A DNA stretch of 62,133 nt, taken from the NCBI GenBank assembly GCA_005877615.1, contig VBOD01000109.1, positions 1 through 62,133 of the forward strand, given 5' to 3'. Position 1 is the first letter of the stretch. Every line of letters starts with the position of its first letter. This document shows, in pieces, positions 39,989 to 51,112 of this stretch. Origin of the DNA: Nitrospirota bacterium. Lineage in GTDB: Bacteria; Nitrospirota; Nitrospiria; Nitrospirales; NS-4. The notes under the pieces are model-generated. The model did not search any database. It had not been told where the DNA came from and saw only the letters and a list, made by a program, of their open reading frames with translations. The translations under genes and the position numbers were made by a program.

Positions 39989-40984
39989 TCATGCCAGAAC
40001 CTTCTCCAGTTTGATCATGGTGCCAGGGTGGGCCTGCTTCAGCTCCTCGGCGCTGCACGGGGCCTTGCCGATTCCCACCAGCCTGCCATCCGGCGACAGC
40101 AAGCGGACAAAGGCTCCGGCCATCCAGGCGCCTTCCGAACTGACGACCCGCGACACCGGAACCGCCACCCCATGGCAGAGCCCCTCGACCGCGTCGCGGT
40201 CGACGTGCAAAGCCGGCAGATCCGCCAAGGCCGCTGCCAGCGTGTACAGCCGCGTCTCGACCGCGCCACGATCCGCCAAGCCCGCCAGCTCGTCCAGGCT
40301 CAAGGCCTCTTCGATGCAAAACCGTCCCACCCGTCGGCGCTCCAGGCTGGCCAGATGCCCCCCCACGCCCAAGAGCTCGCCGATGTCGGCGCACAGCGTC
40401 CGGACGTAGGTCCCTTTGCTGCAGACCACATCGAACGTCACATCGAGAGTGGGAAGGTGAGCGGTGCCTTCCGGCATGGGGCCGATGGAAAGAATCTCCA
40501 ACGAGCGGACCGTGAACTCGCGCGGGGACCGGGACACGGTGCGCCCCGCGCGCGCCGCCTTGTACAGCGGGACGCCTTTCACTTTGACCGCAGAGTACAT
40601 CGGCGGGACCTGTTGGCGGCGTCCGACAAAACGGTTCATGACCTCAGCGATGGCCACCTGCTCAGGCAGTGTCTCTGCGACCCGCCCGACCACCGTGCCA
40701 GTCGCGTCCTGCGTGTCGGTCGCAACTCCCAGCCTCAACACCGCGCGGTAGGCCTTGTCCGCACTCATGAGATACTCCGCAATCCGTGTGGCCCTGCCCA
40801 GGCATAACACCAGCACACCAGTCGCCGCCGGGTCCAGCGTGCCGGTGTGGCCGACCTTCGACATCCCAAACAGCGTCCGCGCCCTGGCCACCACGTCATG
40901 GGACGTCCACCCGGCCGGCTTGTTGATGACCAGCACGCCGTCCAAGGCCACGCCCGCGCGGCGATCAGTGAGATCAAGTTTCAC
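39989..40984 (-). CDS. truB: tRNA pseudouridine55 synthase
   Basis: GVLVINKPAGWTSHDVV, the catalytic GHTGTLDPAATGVL, and a PUA-like C-terminus. Confidence 0.92.
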   Translation of the reverse strand: MKLDLTDRRAGVALDGVLVINKPAGWTSHDVVARARTLFGMSKVGHTGTLDPAATGVLVLCLGRATRIAEYLMSADKAYRAVLRLGVATDTQDATGTVVGRVAETLPEQVAIAEVMNRFVGRRQQVPPMYSAVKVKGVPLYKAARAGRTVSRSPREFTVRSLEILSIGPMPEGTAHLPTLDVTFDVVCSKGTYVRTLCADIGELLGVGGHLASLERRRVGRFCIEEALSLDELAGLADRGAVETRLYTLAAALADLPALHVDRDAVEGLCHGVAVPVSRVVSSEGAWMAGAFVRLLSPDGRLVGIGKAPCSAEELKQAHPGTMIKLEKVLA

Positions 40985-41354
40985 GACGATCGTCCTTCCG
41001 CTCTGCCGACTGCGGCTGTACCTGATCCAGCAGCGTCATCACCCGCTTCACCCGATCGAGCGAGGTATCCTTCACAAACGTCAGCTCTGGGACGTACCGC
41101 AGCTTCAGGCGCCGCCCCAACTCGCTCCTGATGAACCCCTCGGCCCGCGCCAGCACCGCCAGCGTCTCTGCCTCCTGAGGGCCCTGCTGCAAGACCGTCA
41201 CATAGACCCAGGCCTGCCGCAAGTCCGCGGTCACGTCCACGGCCGTCACGGTCACGAAGCCGACCCGCGGGTCTTTGACCCGGCGCGTCAGGATGTCGGC
41301 GATCTCCATACGGATCTGATCGCCCACCCGGTCGGTGCGCTTGTGGCCTGTCAT
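40974..41354 (-). CDS. rbfA: Ribosome-binding factor A
   Basis: RTDRVGDQIRMEIADIL...DPRVGFVTVTAVDVTADLRQAWVYV. Confidence 0.92.
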   Translation of the reverse strand: MTGHKRTDRVGDQIRMEIADILTRRVKDPRVGFVTVTAVDVTADLRQAWVYVTVLQQGPQEAETLAVLARAEGFIRSELGRRLKLRYVPELTFVKDTSLDRVKRVMTLLDQVQPQSAERKDDRRET

Positions 41355-41357
41355 GGG

Positions 41358-41639
41358 TCAAAGCAGCTCCACGTGGTGCTCAATCAGTTCGACGGACGGA
41401 TTGGCGCGGATCTCGCCGACGACCGCTTCCAGCATCTGGCGCGCATGTCGGCCATCGTTCGACACGCAGGCCACGCCCAGGACCGCGCGCTGCCAGAGAT
41501 CGTTCCCGTCCACTTCGGCGATGGAGACATTGTACGTCTTCTTGAGACGGTCTTTCAGGCTCAGGAGGATCTGGCGCTTGCCTTTGAGCGAGCCGGTCCC
41601 CGGCAGGTGCAGATCAATCGTACAGACGCCAACGACCAT
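41358..41639 (-). CDS. DUF503 (YlxP-like) protein
   Basis: MVVGVCTIDLHLPGTGSLKGKRQILLSLKDRLKKTYNVSIAEV. It lies between infB and rbfA, as is typical. Confidence 0.8.
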   Translation of the reverse strand: MVVGVCTIDLHLPGTGSLKGKRQILLSLKDRLKKTYNVSIAEVDGNDLWQRAVLGVACVSNDGRHARQMLEAVVGEIRANPSVELIEHHVELL

Positions 41640-41651
41640 AGGACGGGAAGA

Positions 41652-44222
<2,571 letters not shown>

Positions 44223-44240
44223 GCCTGTCCGTGCCCTGGA

Positions 44241-45458
44241 CTACCCGGTCGCCGCCTCGGAATCCGGCGCTCCCGCAGCAGGAGTGGCCTGAGGCTCCGC
44301 CTCCTCGGCACTCGCTTGCTGCGCGGCCGCCGCGGCCGATTCCGCTTGCACCAACCGGGCGTGCTGTTCTTGCAACTGCTGCGCGATAGCCGCTCGGGTT
44401 TCCTGATCCCGCACGACCCGTTCCTTCTCGTACTCGCTGGCTCCGATGATATCGATCTTCCAGCCGGTCAGCTTGGCGGCCAGCCGGACGTTTTGCCCGT
44501 TGCGCCCGATGGCCAGCGAGAGCTGGTTGTCCGCGACAACGACCAGCGCCGACTTCTTTTCCTCATCCAAGCCCACCTTTTCGATGACGGCGGGGTTCAA
44601 GGCCTCGGCGATGAAGACCCGCGAGTCCTGCGTCCACGCGATGATGTCGATCTTCTCGCCCCGCAGTTCCCGCACCACCGCCTGGACCCGCGAGCCCTTC
44701 ATACCCACGCAGGCCCCGACCGGATCGACAGCGCGGTCCCGCGAGGCGACGGCGATCTTGGTCCGATCGCCGGGCTCGCGGACGACGCCCTTGATTTCGA
44801 CGATCTTCTCGGCAATCTCCGGCACCTCCGCTTCGAACAGCTTGACGATGAAGTTCGGATGGGTCCGGGAGAGGATGACCTGCACATCGCGCTGCGTCCG
44901 TTTCACCTCCAGCAGGTAGGCTTTGATGCGATCCCCGCGCCGGTAGGTCTCCCGTGGAATCTGTTCGTGCGCCGGCAAGATCGCCTCGGTCTTTCCGAGA
45001 TCGACGATGTAGTTACGGCGTTCCTGGCCGAGAATGATGCCGTTGACGAGGTCGCCTTGGCGAGCCGAATACTCCCGCTGGACGACTTCCCATTCGGCTT
45101 CGCGGACTTTCTGGAAGATCACCTGCTTGGCCGTCTGCGCCGCGATCCGGCCGAAGTCCTCGATCTCGATGACGGCGCCGATCTCGTCCCCGAGTTCGGC
45201 CTCGCTGTCGATCTTGCGGGCCTCCTCCAGGGAGACCTCGGACTTGGGGTTGGTCACCTCGTTGACGATCTTCTTCAGGGAGATGGCCTCGACTTCCCCG
45301 CTCTTGCGATCAATCCGCACCTGGATGTTTTCGGCCGCCCCGTATTTCTTCTTCGCGGCGGTGAGCAACGCGGACTCCACCGCCTCGAGGATGCGTCCCG
45401 TATCGATTCCTTTTTCCCGCCCGATCTGTTCGATCACTGCAAGAAGCTCTCGACCCAT
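44241..45458 (-). CDS. nusA: Transcription termination/antitermination factor NusA
   Basis: 405 aa with an N-terminal domain, an S1 domain (GDLVNGIILGQERRNYIVDLG) and two KH domains (GMKGSRVQAV; GRNGQNVRLA). Confidence 0.97.
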   Translation of the reverse strand: MGRELLAVIEQIGREKGIDTGRILEAVESALLTAAKKKYGAAENIQVRIDRKSGEVEAISLKKIVNEVTNPKSEVSLEEARKIDSEAELGDEIGAVIEIEDFGRIAAQTAKQVIFQKVREAEWEVVQREYSARQGDLVNGIILGQERRNYIVDLGKTEAILPAHEQIPRETYRRGDRIKAYLLEVKRTQRDVQVILSRTHPNFIVKLFEAEVPEIAEKIVEIKGVVREPGDRTKIAVASRDRAVDPVGACVGMKGSRVQAVVRELRGEKIDIIAWTQDSRVFIAEALNPAVIEKVGLDEEKKSALVVVADNQLSLAIGRNGQNVRLAAKLTGWKIDIIGASEYEKERVVRDQETRAAIAQQLQEQHARLVQAESAAAAAQQASAEEAEPQATPAAGAPDSEAATG

Positions 45459-45476
45459 CGCCCTGCTCCGTCCCTC

Positions 45477-46037
45477 TCAGAATTCCACTTCCAGTCTTGC
45501 TTCCAGAATCTCGGCCAGCGGGAGCGCCACCGGTGTCCCCTCACCGACGCGCTTGGCCTTCGCGGCCTGCGTCTCCACCCACACCTGCGTCCCGTCCAGC
45601 TTCTGAATCCGCCCGACGACCACCGCCTGCCCCAGCACCGGCTTGGCCATTTTAAATCGCGCCAACCGCCCGTGGAAACGCTCATAGTCCTCGGGACGCC
45701 GGATCGGACGGTCCAGCCCCGGCGAGGACACCTCCAGCAGATACGCGTGGGGGATCGGATCCTCCGCGTCCAGCGCATGCCCGACCAGCTTGTGAACGCG
45801 CTCACAGTCGTCCAGCGTAACGGCCCCCTCGCCCTGATCAGCCGACCGTTCGATGAACACCCGGATCAGGGTCTTGGGGCCACGCCCCCGCACTTCCACA
45901 TCGACGAGAACCAACCCGAGAGAAGCGAGAACAGGCTCGACGATCCGCTGGACAATGGAGCCAACCCGTTCGGATCCGCGGGCGGTTCCCGGAGGAACGC
46001 CGCCGGCTGGCGCTAAGGGATGGTCTTGACCCGTCAT
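45477..46037 (-). CDS. rimP: Ribosome maturation factor RimP
   Basis: IVEPVLASLGLVLVDVEV and SSPGLDRPIRRPEDYERF. Start set at ATG 46037 because the longer ORF (to 46079) would span an intrinsic terminator. Confidence 0.82.
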   Translation of the reverse strand: MTGQDHPLAPAGGVPPGTARGSERVGSIVQRIVEPVLASLGLVLVDVEVRGRGPKTLIRVFIERSADQGEGAVTLDDCERVHKLVGHALDAEDPIPHAYLLEVSSPGLDRPIRRPEDYERFHGRLARFKMAKPVLGQAVVVGRIQKLDGTQVWVETQAAKAKRVGEGTPVALPLAEILEARLEVEF

Positions 46038-46042
46038 AACCG

Positions 46043-46065
46043 AAAAAAAAGTGGGCAAAGCCCAC
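46043..46065 (-). terminator. Intrinsic terminator after the aminotransferase gene
   Basis: The minus strand reads GTGGGC-TTT-GCCCAC followed by TTTTTTTT. Confidence 0.8.
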
Positions 46066-46114
46066 TTTCGATACCGCACCCTACCACACCTATCCTTGCG
46101 AAAGCAAGGGGAAA

Positions 46115-46954
46115 CTAGGCGAGGATGCGCTTGAAACGGTCCATCACCAGACTGGTCACAGGGCCAGGAGCGCGAGCCCCGATCTGGCGACCATTAACGC
46201 GGGCGACCGGGAGCACTTCGATCGTCGTGCCGGTCAGCAGGACTTCATCGGACGTACAGAGGTCGGCCTCGGTGACGGGCTCCTCTTTGACCGCTACCCC
46301 GCCTTGCTGGGCCACCGTCAGCACGACCTTGCGCGTCACCCCGGAGAGAAGCAGGGGCCCTTCGGGCGGCGTGATCAAGACTCGGTCCCGCACTACCGCA
46401 ACATTGCTGGTTGTGCCTTCCACCACATAGCCGTCTCGCACGAAAATCGCTTCAACGGCCCCCCTGTCCCGCGCCTGCTGCTTGGCGAGCACGTTCGCCA
46501 GGAGGCTGACCGACTTGACGTTACATCGAGCCCACCGGATGTCAGGGACGGTGACGACGTCCACGCCGCTGGCATAGAGAGCTGGATCGGGCGGAACCAG
46601 GGCACGAACCGTGATGACCACGGTCGGCGGCACGTGGCTCGCGAGCACGTGGTCCCGCGGGGCCGCGCCCCGGGTGATCTGGATATAGACCTTGGCTTCG
46701 GGATACGCGCTGCGCGAGACGGCTTCGGAGACCAGCGCCGTCCAGCGCTCTCGGGTATAGGGAACGGGAATCGCGACGGACCGGGCGCTCTGCTCGAGGC
46801 GGTCGAGATGCTCCGTGAAACGGAACGGGCGCCCGGCGTAGACCCGAATGAGTTCGTAGACGCCGTCTCCGAACTGAAAGCCCCGGTCTTCGACCGAGAC
46901 ACGAGCCTCGGAGAGCGGCAGAAAGGCATCGTTGACAAAAGCAATATCAGGCAC
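46115..46954 (-). CDS. dat: D-amino-acid (D-alanine) aminotransferase, PLP fold type IV
   Basis: 279 aa. EDRGFQFGDGVYE, IRWARCNVKSVSLLANVLAKQQA and EGTTSNV closely follow the Bacillus Dat pattern as I recall it. Confidence 0.85.
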   Translation of the reverse strand: MPDIAFVNDAFLPLSEARVSVEDRGFQFGDGVYELIRVYAGRPFRFTEHLDRLEQSARSVAIPVPYTRERWTALVSEAVSRSAYPEAKVYIQITRGAAPRDHVLASHVPPTVVITVRALVPPDPALYASGVDVVTVPDIRWARCNVKSVSLLANVLAKQQARDRGAVEAIFVRDGYVVEGTTSNVAVVRDRVLITPPEGPLLLSGVTRKVVLTVAQQGGVAVKEEPVTEADLCTSDEVLLTGTTIEVLPVARVNGRQIGARAPGPVTSLVMDRFKRILA

Positions 46955-46963
46955 GCCCGGGTC

Positions 46964-47308
46964 TCAGGCAGACACTGGGTTCTCACCCGCCACCGTGACG
47001 GTGTAGACCCGCCGGTCCTCGGGCGTGAACTTCCAGCCCATCCGCTTCTCGAACACGAGCCGGTGGACGCCGGGCTTCATCGCGCGGAACTCAAAGGCCC
47101 GTTTGCCCGAGTCGATGGCATTGTTGCTGTCACCAAAGCTGCGTTCGTACTCGTCGTTGAGCAACGCCAGTGCTTCGGGATCATACGACGGAACGTAGAT
47201 CTCGCCCCGGGTTCGGTCCTCCCACAACCGGATGGTCAAGGTCTCGCCGACGCTCGTCTCCAGGACTTTCTCTTCCTTCACGCCTTCTCCAATCCCGACC
47301 GCCTGCAT
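46964..47308 (-). CDS. Chagasin (I42)-like peptidase-inhibitor fold protein, diverged motifs
   Basis: 114 aa with no signal peptide. VGETLTIRLWEDRTRGEIYVPSYDPEALALL...RAFEFRAMKPGVHRLVFEKRMGWK...YTVTV has the layout of bacterial ICP proteins, but the NPTTG, GxGG and RPW loops are altered. Confidence 0.45.
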   Translation of the reverse strand: MQAVGIGEGVKEEKVLETSVGETLTIRLWEDRTRGEIYVPSYDPEALALLNDEYERSFGDSNNAIDSGKRAFEFRAMKPGVHRLVFEKRMGWKFTPEDRRVYTVTVAGENPVSA

Positions 47309-47359
47309 ACGGTGCTCTCCCGCGTTCGGGCGCTATCTTACGTGAGCTGGCAGAGCGAG

Positions 47360-47836
47360 TCAAAGCTTCAAGATGAACCGCAAGTCCGCTCCCGGAGCCA
47401 GGCCTTCCCGGCGCGCGAAGCCGGCACGGGTCTCGATCACGTAGCGGGCCCTTTCGGGGGGCGGGCCGTACTCCGGGCACTTCTCCGAGAGGCACGGGTT
47501 GACGATTTCCATGATCAGCAGCACCCGTTTGCCCTCGTCAAGCCAGATGATGTCCACGGGGAAGCGGTACTGGCGCGTGTTGCGGCGGTGAAAATCTGCC
47601 CGGTCGTAGATGAACAGCATCCCTCCGTTGGGAGGGAGACTGTCTCGGAACGCCAGTCCGGCATACAAGAGCAACGGGCTGTCGGCGACCTCGACAGTCA
47701 TCTGGGTGCCCGACGGGAAGCTGACCATCATGGATGCGGGTCCCTGGCCCGTCGACATGAAGTAGCTGCCCACCATCAACAAGGCCAACGCCAGGGCGGC
47801 AAGGACGCCTAACCGCGTCGCTTGGGACTTCTCCAT
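47360..47836 (-). CDS. DUF192 (COG1430) exported protein
   Basis: Signal/TM segment LGVLAALALALLMVG, then VEVADSP...GLAFRDSLPPNGGMLFIY...RFPVDIIWLDEGKRV...YVIETRAGF. Confidence 0.75.
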   Translation of the reverse strand: MEKSQATRLGVLAALALALLMVGSYFMSTGQGPASMMVSFPSGTQMTVEVADSPLLLYAGLAFRDSLPPNGGMLFIYDRADFHRRNTRQYRFPVDIIWLDEGKRVLLIMEIVNPCLSEKCPEYGPPPERARYVIETRAGFARREGLAPGADLRFILKL

Positions 47837-47926
47837 AGGTTACACTATGACGGATGAGGCCCGGCGCTAGGGCTTTTGTTCGGCCCCCACCAGGTCTTCC
47901 GGCCTATGCTGGGCAACAAAATCACA

Positions 47927-47956
47927 TTGACAAGAGCCCGTGCGCCCTTCTAGAAT
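47927..47956 (+). promoter_or_regulatory. Candidate promoter for the ferredoxin gene
   Basis: TTGACA-18 nt-TAGAAT, about 110 nt upstream of the ATG. Confidence 0.4.
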
Positions 47957-47965
47957 TTCGTGTTA

Positions 47966-47990
47966 CCATATCACGACTGCTGTGATATGG
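47966..47990 (+). promoter_or_regulatory. Perfect 9-bp inverted repeat just downstream of the -10 (operator or 5'-leader hairpin)
   Basis: CCATATCAC-gactgct-GTGATATGG, read directly. Confidence 0.4.
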
Positions 47991-48068
47991 GCCATCCGCC
48001 GCGCATGATGGCCTCTTCTAACGCAGCGATAAGTTTTCTCGAGTGCTTCAGGGAAGGAGGCGTGGGTT

Positions 48069-48419
48069 ATGGCATTACTGATCACGGAAGAGTGTATCTC
48101 CTGTGGGGCCTGCCTCCCCGAGTGTCCGAACGAGGCCATCTTCGAAACCCGTAGCGACGCCGAGGGGAAAGGCTACCATGTCGGTGACGGCCAGGGCGTC
48201 GGCGACAATATCTACGTCATCACTCACGATCGCTGCACCGAGTGCGTCGGACACTTCGACGAGCCCCAGTGTGCGGCGGTCTGTCCAGTGGATAATTGCT
48301 GCATCTCCGATCCAGCCTATCCAGAATCGACAGAGGTCCTCTTGGAACGGGCCCGCAGGCTGAACCCGGACAAGGAGATCGATCCCAATAAGGTGTGGAG
48401 CGGCGTGCGCAACGGCTGA
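48069..48419 (+). CDS. yfhL: YfhL-type 2x[4Fe-4S] ferredoxin (with internal insertion)
   Basis: MALLITEECISCGACLPECPNEAI...CTECVGHFDEPQCAAVCPVDNC. A GGAGG RBS is present. Confidence 0.88.
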   Translation: MALLITEECISCGACLPECPNEAIFETRSDAEGKGYHVGDGQGVGDNIYVITHDRCTECVGHFDEPQCAAVCPVDNCCISDPAYPESTEVLLERARRLNPDKEIDPNKVWSGVRNG

Positions 48420-48447
48420 CACCCCGCGTCTTCTCCCTCTGAAAACA

Positions 48448-48492
48448 GAAGCCCCCTCTTCTCAGTTCGGAGAAGAGGGGGCTTCTTATTTC
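48448..48492 (+). terminator. Intrinsic terminator after the ferredoxin gene
   Basis: gaagccccctcttctc-agttcg-gagaagagggggcttc is a 16-bp stem, followed by ttatttc. Confidence 0.8.
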
Positions 48493-48546
48493 AATGTCAA
48501 CCGGGTGACCACGTCACCAAGGGGCTATTCCCTGAACCCGCACGGC

Positions 48547-48996
48547 CTATAGCGTCCCCCAGTTCTTGAAGTACCGGAGCAAATCCCGGACGGAAAGAAT
48601 GCCGACGATCTTGCCGTCCTCCGTGACGGCCAAGTGGCGTATGCCCCGCTCGGCCATCACATCACTGGCCTCATGCGCGGAACGGTCGATCTCGATAGTG
48701 ATGAGCGGGGCGTGCATCACCTGCGAGACCCGCACCTGGTTGGCGTCTCCACCCACCGCCAACACGTTGCGGACGAGATCGGACTCGCTGACGATCCCAA
48801 CAAACCGCGCACCTTCCGCCACCAAGAGGGCCCCGACCTTCGCCTCGCGCATGGTCCGAGCGGCCTCGATGACCGGCGCAGAGGGGGAGATGCTCAGGAT
48901 CTGGCGGCTCATCATCACCGCCAGCGGTCTTTGAATGGCCGATCCCCCAATCGCCATGGCGGGCGCGATTGTAGAGAAGCGGCCTGGGACAGTCAA
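48547..48996 (-). CDS. CBS-domain pair protein
   Basis: Two CBS repeats (ILSISPSAPVIEAARTMREAKVGALLV...; LITIEIDRSAHEASDVMAERGIRHLAVTEDGKIVGILSVRDL). The start is uncertain: TTG 48996 in the track, with ATG 48915 also plausible. Confidence 0.75.
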   Translation of the reverse strand: MTVPGRFSTIAPAMAIGGSAIQRPLAVMMSRQILSISPSAPVIEAARTMREAKVGALLVAEGARFVGIVSESDLVRNVLAVGGDANQVRVSQVMHAPLITIEIDRSAHEASDVMAERGIRHLAVTEDGKIVGILSVRDLLRYFKNWGTL

Positions 48997-49049
48997 TAGC
49001 GAGAGGGCTCTGTGATATACTCCGCCGACACACCGGCAGGCGGAGGGGT

Positions 49050-50378
49050 ATGAATATCAGTGTCATTGGCACCGGCTACGTGGGATTAGTGACAGGAGCC
49101 TGTTTCGCCGAGTTCGGGGTCCATGTGACCTGCATGGACACGGACGAGCGTCGGATCGCCCAGTTGGATAAGGGCGAGATCCCCATTTACGAACCGGGAC
49201 TGGCCGAACTGGTCCGCAAAGGGCTGTCGGAAGGGCGGCTGATCTTCACCACCGATCTCGGACAGGCTGTGGAAACCGGCCTGGCGATTTTCATTGCGGT
49301 CGGGACTCCCTCCCGCGAGGATGGGTCCGCGGATCTCTCGTTCGTGGAAGAGGTGGGGCGGGGCATCGCGGCCCATCTCAACGGCTATAAAGTGATCGTC
49401 ACGAAATCGACGGTCCCGGTGGGAACTGGCCAGCGGTTACGCGAATTGCTCGAGCAGCACGGCCCCCGGCCCGCCCACTTCGACATCGTCTCGAACCCGG
49501 AATTCCTCCGCGAAGGCGCGGCCATCGAAGACTTCATGCGCCCCAACCGAGTGGTCATCGGCGCGGACAGCCCGCAAGCCGAGGCGATCATGCGCGACCT
49601 GTACCGTCCCCTGTACTTAATCGAGACCCCATTCGTCTTCACGGACATCGCCACCGCCGAGATGATCAAGTACGCCTCCAACGCGTTCCTTGCTACCAAG
49701 GTGTCCTTTATCAACGAGGTGGCGAATCTCTGCGAGCGGGTGGGAGCGGACGTGCAAGTGGTGGCCAAAGCCATGGGGCTCGACCATCGCATCGGATCCA
49801 AGTTCCTGCACGCGGGGCCCGGTTACGGCGGGTCGTGTTTCCCCAAAGACATCGCGGCGATGATCCAGACCGGCCGCCATGCGGGCTGCCTCATGGAGAT
49901 CGCCGAGGCGACCACCCGCGCCAACGTCAAGCAGCGGGCGCGTATGGTGGAGAAGATCAAGGCCGCGATGGGGGGCTCCGTAGCGGGCAAGTGCATCGCG
50001 GTGCTCGGGCTCACCTTCAAGCCCAACACCAACGACCTGCGGGACGCCCCGTCACTGGAGATCATCCCGAAGCTCCAGGACGAAGGCGCGACGATCCGCG
50101 CCTATGACCCCGCCGGAATGGACGAGGCACGGAAGCTCCTCTCGGGCATTACGCTCTGCGCGAACGCCTACGACGCAGCGACGGGCGCCGACGCGCTGGT
50201 GCTCATGACCGAGTGGAACCAGTTGCGCAACCTGGAGCTCGAGCAGATCAAGCGGAATCTCAAAGCGCCCGTCTTTGTGGACCTCCGCAACGTGTACGAG
50301 CCGGCTCGCATGGCATCACTCGGCTTCCACTACACGTCGGTCGGCCGACCAGCCTCACGCGCCAAGGAAGGCAAGTAA
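49050..50378 (+). CDS. ugd: UDP-glucose 6-dehydrogenase
   Basis: 442 aa with MNISVIGTGYVGLVTGACFAE and the catalytic GGSCFPKD. Confidence 0.93.
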   Translation: MNISVIGTGYVGLVTGACFAEFGVHVTCMDTDERRIAQLDKGEIPIYEPGLAELVRKGLSEGRLIFTTDLGQAVETGLAIFIAVGTPSREDGSADLSFVEEVGRGIAAHLNGYKVIVTKSTVPVGTGQRLRELLEQHGPRPAHFDIVSNPEFLREGAAIEDFMRPNRVVIGADSPQAEAIMRDLYRPLYLIETPFVFTDIATAEMIKYASNAFLATKVSFINEVANLCERVGADVQVVAKAMGLDHRIGSKFLHAGPGYGGSCFPKDIAAMIQTGRHAGCLMEIAEATTRANVKQRARMVEKIKAAMGGSVAGKCIAVLGLTFKPNTNDLRDAPSLEIIPKLQDEGATIRAYDPAGMDEARKLLSGITLCANAYDAATGADALVLMTEWNQLRNLELEQIKRNLKAPVFVDLRNVYEPARMASLGFHYTSVGRPASRAKEGK

Positions 50379-51095
50379 TCACATCACTTCGGTCTTCGGC
50401 TTCGGCTTGTACCCCATCCGGTCGAGCAGCTTGCGGATGCGCGCTTGGAGGGTCTCGTCCGCCGTGAGCATGACCTCCGTCAAGGGCTCGACAGCCGGTT
50501 TGCCGATCTTGCGGATGATCTCGGAGGCAACCTGCCGGAGGTCGTCGTCCTCGTGCGTCAGCAGGCTGGCCACCGCCGGCACGCTCGGGGCGCCGATCTT
50601 GATGAGGGACTCGTAGGCCCGCTGCCGAATGTCGTTCACCTCATCGGTCAAGGCTTCAATGAGTGGTCCCACCGCGCGGGGATCCGCTAAGTTGCCAAGG
50701 ACCTCCACCGCGTACTTCCTGGTGAGCCAGTGACTCTCATTGAGCGAGGCCAGCATCTCTTCCGCGCGGGTCTTCTGGGCGTCCCGAGAACGGATCGTGA
50801 TGCCCTTGACAATGCGTCGCTTGGTCGGCGCGCCGTGCAGAGTGCCGCCCGGCTCTTCCTCGACCACGCGGACCGTCACCCCGTCGCCCGGCTTGATCTT
50901 CTTGAGCTCTTCGACGAGATCCTCCCCGACTTCCAGCATGACGGTCTTCCCTTCATAGGCTAGGAGCTCGATCTCCAGCGTCCGGTTCTCGACATCGACC
51001 TTGACCACCTTTTCGGAAATGAGATTGAACCCGTCCTTCTTGATCCCCGGACCGCCCTTGCCGATCTGGATCAATTTGGGTGTTTCGTCAGCCAT
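50379..51095 (-). CDS. HEAT-repeat protein 5 of 5: about 100-aa non-HEAT N-terminal domain plus HEAT (PBS-lyase-like) repeats
   Basis: 238 aa. The N-terminal region is beta-rich (VVKVDVENRTLEIELLAYEGKTVMLEV...GVTVRVVEEE), then HWLTRKYAVEVLGNLADPRAVGPLIEAL-type repeats. The stop codon abuts the ugd stop codon. Confidence 0.75.
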   Translation of the reverse strand: MADETPKLIQIGKGGPGIKKDGFNLISEKVVKVDVENRTLEIELLAYEGKTVMLEVGEDLVEELKKIKPGDGVTVRVVEEEPGGTLHGAPTKRRIVKGITIRSRDAQKTRAEEMLASLNESHWLTRKYAVEVLGNLADPRAVGPLIEALTDEVNDIRQRAYESLIKIGAPSVPAVASLLTHEDDDLRQVASEIIRKIGKPAVEPLTEVMLTADETLQARIRKLLDRMGYKPKPKTEVM

Positions 51096-51112
51096 TCGAA
51101 CTCTCCTTCGCC

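Noticed and set aside
46038-46079. Longer RimP start (MRYRKWALPTFFSV...).
   Set aside because: That start would place a textbook intrinsic terminator (GTGGGC-TTT-GCCCAC followed by T8) inside the coding sequence. ATG 46037 lies just after it.
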